Below are positions 1 through 8,622 of a stretch of 20,000 bases of DNA, one piece after another; positions within the stretch are counted from its first letter, which is position 1; every line of letters begins with the position of its first letter. Location: positions 122,397-142,396 of the forward strand of contig DHPR01000033.1 in the NCBI GenBank assembly GCA_002410925.1. The letters run 5' to 3'. Under the pieces are notes generated by a model. That model was not told where the DNA came from. It saw only the letters and a list, made by a program, of their open reading frames with translations, and did not search any database. Origin of the DNA: a bacterium UBP13_UBA5359 (lineage in GTDB: Bacteria > UBP13 > UBA5359). The translations under genes were made by a program, and so were the position numbers.

Positions 1-1611
1 AACGGTATCTATGCCGCTGATATGCCGCTGGCAGCCGAAAGACATGCCACCAGCAAGATATCCGAAGAGAGGGATTTATATGCGGTCAGCAGCCTGGGCT
101 TCAGAGGCGAGGCATTAGCCAGCATCAAGGCGGTATCTCGTTTGCGCATCATCAGCCGCCGGGCTGATTGTGATGAAGGAGCTGAATTGCTGGCACAGGG
201 AGATGAACCGGTGGAGGTAAGACCTATTGGATGTGCGCCGGGGACATCTATTACAGTTACGGATATCTTTTATAACCTGCCGGCCAGATTGAAATTTCTC
301 AAGACCAGCATCACAGAGCAGCGAAAGATACAGGAGGTTATAGAGAGATATGCCATGGCCTATCCGGAAAAGGCCTTTGTGCTTACAAGTGATAGTCGGG
401 AACTGCTCAATGCCGCACCGGCGGCGTCGGCTGAGGACCGCCTGATAGATATTTACGGCCGGCAAGCCGTAGAGGGCTTTGTGGCGGTAACGGCTGAGAA
501 TGATTACGTTTCCATTAAGGGGCTTGTTTCCAGGCCGGGATTCAGTCGCAGCAACAGATCCGATCAGACTATGATAATCAACGGCCGGCTGGTACAATCG
601 GCCATATTCCGATTTGCGCTGGACAGAGCTTATCGTGAGCTTCTGCCTGCGGGAAGATATCCTTTAGCCCTGATCAGATTGCAAGTTGACCCCTCCAAGC
701 TGGATGTTAACGTTCACCCGCAGAAAACAGAGGTACGTTTTGTCGACGAACGCGATGTCGGAATCCTATTGGAGCGTACCGTGCGCCGCACCCTGCTTGA
801 ACTTAGGCTCAGAACCTTAAATCCCTTTACTGAAGCAGGGTCGGAAATATCTGCAAGACCGGGAGCTATAGCGACCGATCGCAAGTCTTATGCCGCACAG
901 ACACCGGTTAATATGCAATTGATGGAGGAATCCTTTACCGATTTTTTTCCCGATAAAGATATGCCGGCCATGCGGCAGGATAGAGCAGGGGCTGAAGCAG
1001 ATATACCTGGAAAAGATAACGGCTTCTCCGAAAGTACGAGCATAAATATAATCGGACAGGCTTTACAGATGTATGTGGTGGCTTATGATGAGCTCTCTAT
1101 TATTCTGATAGATCAGCATGCCGCCCATGAACGAATTCTTTACGATCGCCTGATGCAAGCTGATGGAGGCGGATCAGAGGTGCAGGTGCTGCTTCTGCCG
1201 GAAACCATAGAACTACGCCCCGCAGAGGTATCTATTGTTGGAGAAAGAAGCGATATACTTAAACGTTTAGGCTTTACGGTAGAGCCCTTTGGGAAGAATA
1301 CATATCGTTTGACCGGGGTGCCGATGGAACTGGCCGAAGCTTCTCCCGCTACGGTTTTCAGAGATATCGTTTCCGATCTTATGGAGATAGGCGGTAGTGC
1401 ACGGGAGGAACAGATAAGAGCTTCTCTCTGTCGCAGGATAGCCTGCCATGCTGCCGTGAAGGCCGGCGATGTATTGAGTGAGAGTGAGATGAAACAGCTG
1501 ACAGTAGATCTCCTGACGGTTCCCGGCAGAGCCATGACCTGTCCACATGGGCGCCCGGTGCTGATAAAAATGGGGCAGGCAGAGTTGTTGAAAGCCTTTT
1601 ATCGGAGTTGA
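1..1611 (+). CDS. mutL: DNA mismatch repair endonuclease MutL (5'-truncated by window edge)
   Basis: Frame is open from base 1 (NGIYAADMPLA...). GHKL motifs RHATSKI and GFRGEALASI; DVNVHPQKTEVRF; C-terminal endonuclease motifs DQHAAHERILY, ACHAAVK and CPHGRP; clamp-binding-like QVLLLP. Confidence 0.98.
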   Translation, partial: NGIYAADMPLAAERHATSKISEERDLYAVSSLGFRGEALASIKAVSRLRIISRRADCDEGAELLAQGDEPVEVRPIGCAPGTSITVTDIFYNLPARLKFLKTSITEQRKIQEVIERYAMAYPEKAFVLTSDSRELLNAAPAASAEDRLIDIYGRQAVEGFVAVTAENDYVSIKGLVSRPGFSRSNRSDQTMIINGRLVQSAIFRFALDRAYRELLPAGRYPLALIRLQVDPSKLDVNVHPQKTEVRFVDERDVGILLERTVRRTLLELRLRTLNPFTEAGSEISARPGAIATDRKSYAAQTPVNMQLMEESFTDFFPDKDMPAMRQDRAGAEADIPGKDNGFSESTSINIIGQALQMYVVAYDELSIILIDQHAAHERILYDRLMQADGGGSEVQVLLLPETIELRPAEVSIVGERSDILKRLGFTVEPFGKNTYRLTGVPMELAEASPATVFRDIVSDLMEIGGSAREEQIRASLCRRIACHAAVKAGDVLSESEMKQLTVDLLTVPGRAMTCPHGRPVLIKMGQAELLKAFYRS

Positions 1612-1612
1612 T

Positions 1613-2584
1613 ATGTTTGAAGAAAACCGTTTATTGGTACTGACCGGGCCTACCGCAGTGGGCAAGACGGATATTGCCGTCAGAGTTGCGGCTGTGACTA
1701 ATGCTGAAATTATTTCAGCAGACTCCATACAAATTTACGAAGGCTTTGATATCGGGAGCGCCAAGCCCGGCGAGAAAGAGAGAGAGGGTATTCCTCATCA
1801 CCTCTTGGATGTGGCTGATCCATGCGAAGGCTTCAGCGTTGCTCGTTACAAGGATATGGCTGAAGCAGCTATTCGGGATATCTGGAGCCGTAGCAAACAG
1901 GCTGTATTGACAGGGGGAACGGGTCTCTACATATCCGCCGTCATCGATGGCTTTAGCTTTCCTGAAGGCACCGATAATCCGGCTGTAAAAATTGCATTTG
2001 AAGAGAGGGCTGATCAAGAGGGATTGGCTTCGCTCTACAAGCAGCTTGAAAGAATAGACCCTGCTAGCGCTTCCAGGATTCACCCCAATGACCGTAGGCG
2101 AATAATCAGGGCGTTGGAAGTCTATAACGCAACCGGTAGGCCCTTAAGCCATTTCAAGCGTCGTGGAAATGAACCGCCTCGCTTCGATGCCGTTATCATA
2201 GCTCTGACCATGCCGCGCGAGTTGCTTTACAGCAGGATAGAGGCCAGGGTAGAAGCACAGATAGAATCGGGGCTGATCGATGAGGTGCGGCAGCTTATGT
2301 CCAGAGCCTGCGTAAGGGATAGCCTGGCTATGCAAGGCCTTGGCTATAAAGAGATAGCCGCATATATTGATGGCCGATGCAGCCTGGAAGAGGCTGTTGC
2401 GATACTTAAACGCGATACCAGGCGTTATGCCAAGCGCCAGTTATCCTGGTGGCGGCGGGATTCCCGTGTTCATTGGCTAGATATCTGTGAGTTCGATAAT
2501 AAGGAAGCTCTGGTGCGGCACATAATTGATTTATGGCATACAGAAATGAAAAAGGGTAATTATATTCAGTATTGGAGAGAGTAA
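1613..2584 (+). CDS. miaA: tRNA dimethylallyltransferase MiaA
   Basis: GPTAVGKT P-loop, ISADSIQIY, DIGSAKP, GGTGLY, HPNDRRRIIRALEV, TRRYAKRQLSW; directly follows mutL. Confidence 0.98.
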   Translation: MFEENRLLVLTGPTAVGKTDIAVRVAAVTNAEIISADSIQIYEGFDIGSAKPGEKEREGIPHHLLDVADPCEGFSVARYKDMAEAAIRDIWSRSKQAVLTGGTGLYISAVIDGFSFPEGTDNPAVKIAFEERADQEGLASLYKQLERIDPASASRIHPNDRRRIIRALEVYNATGRPLSHFKRRGNEPPRFDAVIIALTMPRELLYSRIEARVEAQIESGLIDEVRQLMSRACVRDSLAMQGLGYKEIAAYIDGRCSLEEAVAILKRDTRRYAKRQLSWWRRDSRVHWLDICEFDNKEALVRHIIDLWHTEMKKGNYIQYWRE

Positions 2585-3507
2585 TGTTTCAACAGGTTAT
2601 GGGAAGTGTATTGGTAATACTTATTCTGCTTTTGGTAGGAGTTTGGGCACGTTTAAAGGGGCTGATGACCCGTGAAACCTCGGAAAGTATAAGCCGGATA
2701 GTAATCGACATAACCACCCCGGCTCTCATATTCACAGCTATGTACAGGCAGTTCACTCCGGATCTTCTGAGACAATCATATGTTCTGCCCTTGTTTGGAG
2801 CTCTGGCTATTTTGACCGGCTTCACAGTCGGCCTGCTTCTGTTGCGCGCAGCTCGCCTGGAAGAGGATGAAGATAACACCTTTCTCTATCTCACCGCCAT
2901 CAGTAACTTCAGCTATATGCCGCTGCCCCTGGCATATATGCTCTTTGGCGATAAGGGCATCATTCTGCTCTTTCTGGCTAATGTTGGCAGCTATTTTATG
3001 CTTTGGACATTTGGCGTCTGGATACTTACCAGAAACAGGCTGAATCTGTCCGGTCTGAAGAACCTTCTTACTCCGCCTCTGATAGGACTGGTGATCGGTT
3101 TTTTAGTGCCGCTCAGCCCCTTAAAGGGGCATATACCTGTTTTTATCATCGATGCTTTGGATATGCTGGGCAAAGCCACGGTTCCATTGGTAATGCTCTC
3201 TGTTGGCGGACTTATAGCAACTGTAGATTTTAAAAAGGCCTTCACTCAGGCCACGATGCCCGTGCTGGTGGTTGCTCGCCTGTTTCTGATTCCGGCCATC
3301 ATGATAGCTCTGGTCTATACCCTGAAGCTGCCGCCGCAACTGGCCAATATAGTCATCCTGATATCCGTCATGCCCTCGGCCTCCAGCTCGCCCATAATCA
3401 TCCAGCGCTTCGGCGGCAAGCCTGACCTGGCCGCCACCGGGGTCTTCTTTACCACCGTTGCCAGCGTAGTGACGGTGCCTGCTCTGCTGAGTTTATTTCT
3501 GCGTTAA
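2584..3507 (+). CDS. AEC (auxin efflux carrier/malate permease) family transporter
   Basis: About 10 hydrophobic segments; family-like motifs PALIF, SNFSYMPLP, ATVPLVMLSVG and MPSA...FGGKPDLA. ATG 2584 overlaps the miaA stop (TAATG). Confidence 0.88.
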   Translation: MFQQVMGSVLVILILLLVGVWARLKGLMTRETSESISRIVIDITTPALIFTAMYRQFTPDLLRQSYVLPLFGALAILTGFTVGLLLLRAARLEEDEDNTFLYLTAISNFSYMPLPLAYMLFGDKGIILLFLANVGSYFMLWTFGVWILTRNRLNLSGLKNLLTPPLIGLVIGFLVPLSPLKGHIPVFIIDALDMLGKATVPLVMLSVGGLIATVDFKKAFTQATMPVLVVARLFLIPAIMIALVYTLKLPPQLANIVILISVMPSASSSPIIIQRFGGKPDLAATGVFFTTVASVVTVPALLSLFLR

Positions 3508-3521
3508 GGGATATAGGGATC

Positions 3522-3611
3522 AACGCAGACGGCAGAAGGCGTAGCAGCATCACCAGTGGCGGAATAACAACAGAGTATATCTATGACGGCACCAGGATAG
3601 TAGCCGAAGTA
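3522..3611 (+). pseudogene. Orphan RHS/YD-repeat coding fragment
   Basis: Translates NADGRRRSSITSGGITTEYIYDGTRIVAEV, resembling the RHS repeat pattern YDxxGRR...GxTTxYxYDGxxIxAE; no start codon or RBS. Confidence 0.7.
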
Positions 3612-3654
3612 GCTGAGTATTTTCTTACGTCGAGCAATTTTACGCAAATAATCA

Positions 3655-3663
3655 TGCTATAAT
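3655..3663 (+). promoter_or_regulatory. Extended -10 promoter element (TGCTATAAT) upstream of the ferritin-like gene
   Basis: TGn-TATAAT about 40 nt before ATG 3705, with an AAAGGTGG RBS in between; no good -35. Confidence 0.55.
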
Positions 3664-3704
3664 AGCTGAATAGGCTGATAACATTCGAAAGGTGGTGCGG
3701 GTTA

Positions 3705-4172
3705 ATGCATATAGCTCCTACCGAAATTCTGGAGATCGCCATAGCAATTGAAACAAATGGCGCTATATTCTATCGCCGTGCAGCGGATAGCACCGACGAT
3801 CCTGAGATACGAAAGCTTTGCCTGCGCCTGGCAGCAGAGGAGGACGATCATAGAGCCAAATTCGAACGTATTTACAGTCACGAAGGCATACCGCTGGATC
3901 TTTATGACGGAAACAGGGAAGCGCATGCATATATTCGTGCCCTGGCATCGTCACAAATTTGCGATGATGCTTCTTTGGATCTCTCATCTTCCGATAGATT
4001 GCTGGAAACCGCTATTATTTTAGAAAAGGAGAGCCTGCTTTATTATCAGTATCTAAAAGACGGCACGGCGCAAGAGAAGAATCAGAAGTTGTTGGAGGAG
4101 ATAATTGCTGAAGAACAGACCCATGTTATCAGGCTCAATGAACAGCTTGAAAGAGATAAAAAGAACCGATAG
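3705..4172 (+). CDS. Ferritin-like/rubrerythrin family di-iron protein (no rubredoxin domain)
   Basis: EILEIAIAIETNGAIFY...LAAEEDDH and AIILEKESLLYY...IIAEEQTH: two E...ExxH carboxylate/His motifs. Confidence 0.9.
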   Translation: MHIAPTEILEIAIAIETNGAIFYRRAADSTDDPEIRKLCLRLAAEEDDHRAKFERIYSHEGIPLDLYDGNREAHAYIRALASSQICDDASLDLSSSDRLLETAIILEKESLLYYQYLKDGTAQEKNQKLLEEIIAEEQTHVIRLNEQLERDKKNR

Positions 4173-4917
4173 GCGGCTAAAGCTGAAAGTCGTCGCCTGT
4201 GGAGTGCTGGCACGAGAGCTTTATCGCATAGCTGCCGCAGCAAAGAGTATAATTGATATACAGCTCTTGCCGCAGGGGTTGCACGATGAGCCGGATAAGC
4301 TGAGGCAGAGATTGCAGCAGCAGATAGATGCCTTGCCGGAAGAGGGTATGCACTATGACGCAATTCTTTTAGGATATGGCCTCTGTTGCAACGGACTGGC
4401 AGGTATTACGGCGCGAAATATTCCTCTTATCGTTCCGCGCGGTCATGATTGCATTACTATTCTGCTGGGTTCAAAGGAGACTTATAAGGATTATTTCGAT
4501 ACTCATGGCGGCGTTTACTGGTATTCTCCCGGATGGATTGAGCGCTCTCTTCAGCCCGGTAAAGAGCGGTATGAAAGAACTTTGCAGCAATATACGGAGA
4601 GATATGGTGAGGATAATGCTTTATATCTTATGGAAACAGAGAACAGCTGGCATAAGGAATACTCGCTGGCAACCTATATCGATTGGGAGATGCCTGATAG
4701 CGAGGAGTATAAGGGCTACGCCAGAGAATGTGCCGCCTATTTAGGGTGGGGATATGATGAGCTTCCCGGCGATAAAGGCTTGTTGCAACATCTTCTCAAC
4801 GGTGATTGGAATAACGATGAATTTTTAACGGTGCCGCCGGGAAGTATAATTGTTCCTAATGTAAACTCCCCGGGAATAGTTGCCTGTAAACCCTATAATA
4901 AAGAGGCAAAGAGCTGA
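4138..4917 (+). CDS. DUF1638-like Cys-containing protein (start uncertain)
   Basis: KVVACGVLAREL, LLPQGLHDEPDKLR, GYGLCCNGLAG, PRGHDCITILLGS and YWYSPGW match my recollection of DUF1638. Start could be ATG 4138 or TTG 4147; both overlap the upstream gene end. Confidence 0.8.
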   Translation: MNSLKEIKRTDRRLKLKVVACGVLARELYRIAAAAKSIIDIQLLPQGLHDEPDKLRQRLQQQIDALPEEGMHYDAILLGYGLCCNGLAGITARNIPLIVPRGHDCITILLGSKETYKDYFDTHGGVYWYSPGWIERSLQPGKERYERTLQQYTERYGEDNALYLMETENSWHKEYSLATYIDWEMPDSEEYKGYARECAAYLGWGYDELPGDKGLLQHLLNGDWNNDEFLTVPPGSIIVPNVNSPGIVACKPYNKEAKS

Positions 4918-4922
4918 CGCTC

Positions 4923-4951
4923 TTGCGATAGATGGCCTTATGGTATAAAAT
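4923..4951 (+). promoter_or_regulatory. Putative sigma70 promoter for leuB
   Basis: TTGCGA (4923-4928), 17-nt spacer, TAAAAT (4946-4951). Confidence 0.55.
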
Positions 4952-5075
4952 ACAAAGCGGTCATATTCTCGTAATTCATGGCCACTTGAATATCCGTTCG
5001 GCTAAGGTCTTAATCTCGGCTTGAACGGAAGGATGAATAACCAGCTTTAAGCAGCAAGTGCAAGGAGGAGATATT

Positions 5076-6131
5076 ATGTATAAAATTGCCGTCATACCTG
5101 GTGATGGAACTGGTCCGGAGGTAGTAGCCCAGGGGCTTAGAGTGTTAAATGCGGCTGCATCCAAATACGGTTTCAAATATCAGACGGAGAGCTTTGATTT
5201 CGGTGGTGAGCGCTATCTGGCTACGGGAGAGATTCTGCCGGATTCCGGTGTAGAGGATCTCAAGGCTTTCAATGCCATATATCTTGGAGCCATTGGACAC
5301 CCGGCAGTAAAGCCCGGCATATTGGAGAAGGGCATTCTGCTTAAATTGCGTTTTGCTCTTGATCAGTATATTAATCTGCGTCCGGTAAAGCTTTACCCGG
5401 GAGTGGAGACACCGCTCAAGGATAAAGGGCCAGAGGATATAGATTTTGTGGTTGTGCGTGAGAATACCGAAGGCCAGTATGCCGGCGCCGGTGGTGTTTT
5501 AAAGAAGGGAACGCCGGATGAGGTCTCTATACAGGAAGCCATCAACACTCGCAAGGGTGTAGAGCGCTGTCTGCGCTATGCCTTTGAATACAGCCGCAGG
5601 CGTAAAAAGATGAACAAGCTGACCCTTTGCGGCAAGACTAACGTATTAACATACACCTTCGATCTCTGGGAGAGAGCCTTCGATGAGGTAGGCGATGCCG
5701 ATTATCCTGATATCACACGCGATTACGCTCATATAGATGCTATTTGCATGTGGATGGTTAAGAACCCCGAATGGTTTGATGTTATCGTAACAGAGAATAT
5801 GTTCGGTGATATCATCACGGATCTGGGCGCCATGATACAGGGAGGAATGGGTATAGCTGCCGGCGGCAATATTAACCCTGAAGGTGTTTCTATGTTTGAG
5901 CCGATAGGGGGGTCTGCTCCCAAGTATACCGGCATGAACATCATCAACCCCATGGCTGCTATATCTGCAGCGAGTATGATGCTCGATGTTTTGGGTGAAA
6001 GAACGGCGGCAGCCAATATTGAACAGTCGGTAACCATAGTCTGTCGTGATTACCTGAAGAGCATGGCCGCAGGCAAGATGGGCTACAGCACCAGTGAGGT
6101 AGGGGATCTGGTTATCAAAAACCTGCCTTGA
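5076..6131 (+). CDS. leuB: 3-isopropylmalate dehydrogenase (beta-decarboxylating dehydrogenase family)
   Basis: IAVIPGDGTGPEV, LRFALDQYINLRPV, VVRENTEGQY, ENMFGDIITD, FEPIGGSAP; AGGAGG RBS at 5063-5068 before ATG 5076. Confidence 0.88.
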   Translation: MYKIAVIPGDGTGPEVVAQGLRVLNAAASKYGFKYQTESFDFGGERYLATGEILPDSGVEDLKAFNAIYLGAIGHPAVKPGILEKGILLKLRFALDQYINLRPVKLYPGVETPLKDKGPEDIDFVVVRENTEGQYAGAGGVLKKGTPDEVSIQEAINTRKGVERCLRYAFEYSRRRKKMNKLTLCGKTNVLTYTFDLWERAFDEVGDADYPDITRDYAHIDAICMWMVKNPEWFDVIVTENMFGDIITDLGAMIQGGMGIAAGGNINPEGVSMFEPIGGSAPKYTGMNIINPMAAISAASMMLDVLGERTAAANIEQSVTIVCRDYLKSMAAGKMGYSTSEVGDLVIKNLP

Positions 6132-6149
6132 TCTAAGAAAGCAGAAGGG

Positions 6150-6177
6150 GAGGGAGCCGGCCAAGGCCGGCTCCCTC
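6150..6177. terminator. GC-rich hairpin, probable terminator between convergent leuB and the small membrane-protein gene
   Basis: GAGGGAGCCGGCC-AA-GGCCGGCTCCCTC perfect 13-bp inverted repeat; pyrimidine-rich tail on the minus strand. Confidence 0.8.
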
Positions 6178-6335
6178 TATTCGGAGACCGGTCTGGGCCC
6201 GCTGAACAGGCCGATAAGAAAGAGTACAGCCGCAGCCAGCAGCAGAAGATAGATCAGAGAGCCTCCGACTCTGAAAACGAGCCCCAAAATCCAGAAGAGC
6301 AGCAGCAAAACAACTAGTGTCCATATTATTCGCAT
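6177..6335 (-). CDS. Small two-helix membrane protein, lmo0937/DUF5670-like (52 aa)
   Basis: AAGGGAGG RBS, then MRIIWTLVVLLLLFWILGLVFRVGGSLIYLLLLAAAVLFLIGLFSGPRPVSE*; not in the supplied ORF track; ends at the hairpin. Confidence 0.85.
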   Translation of the reverse strand: MRIIWTLVVLLLLFWILGLVFRVGGSLIYLLLLAAAVLFLIGLFSGPRPVSE

Positions 6336-6407
6336 ATCACTTCCTCCCTTCGAATTATTAATACCCCAGCGGCTCTGTTTTAAACAGCATCATCAGCTTT
6401 AAGCCCC

Positions 6408-6437
6408 TTGAACTTGTAGCCCCTTCTACGTTAAAAT
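6408..6437 (+). promoter_or_regulatory. Putative sigma70 promoter for dapF-dapL-hflX
   Basis: TTGAAC (6408-6413), 18-nt spacer, TAAAAT (6432-6437). Confidence 0.4.
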
Positions 6438-6533
6438 AAGCTGTTGGATAGATAGATTAAGCGAAGCACCTATTTCGATCTCGGATCAAGCGATCAGTGA
6501 CGAATAACTAGCTTCGGATAGGCTGGTAGGATA

Positions 6534-7394
6534 ATGAAGTTTACTAAGATGCACGGCGCCGGCAATGATTTTATAGTTGTCGATGCCTTGAAAAAGAATT
6601 ACCTGAAGGATACTCTCGCGTCACCTGATATCATTAAGAGGCTTTGCGATAGGCATTTCGGCATAGGTGCCGACGGCCTGATATTGATATTGCCCTCTGA
6701 AAGCTGCGATCTTCGTATGCGGATACTGAACTCCGACGGCAGTGAGGCGGAGATGTGTGGTAACGGCATGCGATGTTTTGCCAAGTATGCCTATGAACAT
6801 GCTCTGATCAGAGAGTCTGCTCTGAGTGTAGAGACCCTGGCAGGTGTTATCTCCCCGGAATTGCATCTGCAGGATGGCAAGGTCATATCCGTATCTGTTG
6901 ATATGGGTAAGCCTAAGCTGGCCCGAGCCGAAATACCCATGGCCGGGCCAGGTAAAGAAAGAGCCATCGCCTTTGATCTTTGCGTGGAGGAGAACATTTT
7001 TCAGGGAACCGCAGTTTCTATGGGCAATCCGCATTGTGTGATCTTTACGGATAATTTGAATGATATTCGACTGGAGGATATCGGTCCCGCTATCGAAACG
7101 CATCCTCTCTTTCCCCGAAAGACCAATGTCGAATTTGTCCAGGTCATTGCATCGAATAGATTGAAGATGATGGTATGGGAGAGAGGTGCAGGTATAACCC
7201 TCTCCTGCGGAACCGGCGCCTGTGCTACCCTGGTAGCTGCTGTTTTAAATGATAAGGCGGAGCATACGGCTGATATTCTTCTCCCGGGAGGCGAATTAAA
7301 AGTCTGTTGGCGAGATGATCAGCATATTATTATGACCGGCCCGGCTGAAGAGGTATTCAGCGGTAATCTGGATATATCTGCTGCTATAGTGTAG
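6534..7394 (+). CDS. dapF: Diaminopimelate epimerase
   Basis: [58 protein letters not shown]; both catalytic Cys present. Confidence 0.98.
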   Translation: MKFTKMHGAGNDFIVVDALKKNYLKDTLASPDIIKRLCDRHFGIGADGLILILPSESCDLRMRILNSDGSEAEMCGNGMRCFAKYAYEHALIRESALSVETLAGVISPELHLQDGKVISVSVDMGKPKLARAEIPMAGPGKERAIAFDLCVEENIFQGTAVSMGNPHCVIFTDNLNDIRLEDIGPAIETHPLFPRKTNVEFVQVIASNRLKMMVWERGAGITLSCGTGACATLVAAVLNDKAEHTADILLPGGELKVCWRDDQHIIMTGPAEEVFSGNLDISAAIV

Positions 7395-7446
7395 TATCAG
7401 CAGTAGCAATAACATAATGAGAAAACTAGTGGAGGTTGCAGTTGTC

Positions 7447-8604
7447 ATGAAAAGAGCAGAACGCATAAGGAAAGTGCCACCGTATCTCTTTGCTGAGATC
7501 GATAAGAAGGTGGCTCAGGCCAAGGCAGCAGGCAAGGATGTTATCAGCTTGGGAATAGGCGATCCTGATCTGCCGACGCCGGGATATATAATTGATGAAC
7601 TTGTAAAAGAGGCTCATAATCCAGCCAATCATCAATATCCGTCATACGAAGGCATGTTTGCTTTTAGAAGTGCTGTGGCTGAATGGTGCCGCAAGCGCTT
7701 CGGTATAACATTAGATCCTGCCTCTGAGGTCTTAACCCTTATAGGTTCCAAGGAAGGCATCGCGCATCTGCCGTTGGCCTTTGTCGATCCAGGGGATATA
7801 GTCCTGATTCCTGATCCAGGCTATCCCGTTTATAAGGTTGCCACTCTCTTTGCCGGCGGCGAGCCGTATCCCTTCAAGCTTTTACCGGAAAGGGGATTTT
7901 TACCGGATTTTTCAACTATCCCTTCAAATATAGCTAAGCGTGCCAAGATGATCTTTTTGAACTATCCGAATAATCCTACTGCGGCGGTAGCCGATCTCTC
8001 CTTCTTTAAGGAGGCTGTGGATTTTGCTAAGAGCTATGATATCATAGTAGCCCACGATAACGCTTATTCAGAAGTAGCTTATGACGGCTATTGCCCGGCA
8101 AGCTTTTTGCAGGCGGAGGGGGCAATGGATGTGGGTGTGGAGTTCAACTCTCTTTCCAAGCCTTTCAATATGACCGGCTGGCGTATCGGCTTTGCTTATG
8201 GCAATAAAGATATAATCGCTGGATTATCTATTATAAAGACCAATGTAGATTCCGGCGTTTTTCAGGCTATCCAGTATGCTGGCATCAAGGCATTGCAGGA
8301 GAACAAGGGTACAGATGAATTAAATGCTGTGTATACTCGCAGGCGCAATATGGTAGTGGAAACCTTTAATGAGATGGGATGGAAGCTGGATAAGCCTAAA
8401 GCTACTTTCTATATCTGGGCACCGGTGCCGGAGACATACGGCTCATCAGTTGAATTTGCCGCTGCCATGCTGGAGAAAGCCGGAGTGGTGATAACTCCGG
8501 GAATCGGCTATGGAGAGGCTGGTAACGGTTATTTCAGGATATCCATCACTATCAATGATCAACGCCTTAAAGAAGCCATGGACAGAATTAGAAAGAACCT
8601 TTAA
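7447..8604 (+). CDS. dapL: LL-diaminopimelate aminotransferase (class I/II PLP aminotransferase)
   Basis: [55 protein letters not shown]; adjacent to dapF; GGAGG RBS before ATG 7447. Confidence 0.9.
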   Translation: MKRAERIRKVPPYLFAEIDKKVAQAKAAGKDVISLGIGDPDLPTPGYIIDELVKEAHNPANHQYPSYEGMFAFRSAVAEWCRKRFGITLDPASEVLTLIGSKEGIAHLPLAFVDPGDIVLIPDPGYPVYKVATLFAGGEPYPFKLLPERGFLPDFSTIPSNIAKRAKMIFLNYPNNPTAAVADLSFFKEAVDFAKSYDIIVAHDNAYSEVAYDGYCPASFLQAEGAMDVGVEFNSLSKPFNMTGWRIGFAYGNKDIIAGLSIIKTNVDSGVFQAIQYAGIKALQENKGTDELNAVYTRRRNMVVETFNEMGWKLDKPKATFYIWAPVPETYGSSVEFAAAMLEKAGVVITPGIGYGEAGNGYFRISITINDQRLKEAMDRIRKNL

Positions 8605-8622
8605 GGAGCGTGAGAATTCTCT

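Noticed and set aside
6133-6324. 63-aa minus-strand ORF from the track
   Set aside because: The overlapping frame 6177..6335 has the RBS and a recognisable membrane-protein pattern; this one runs through the terminator.
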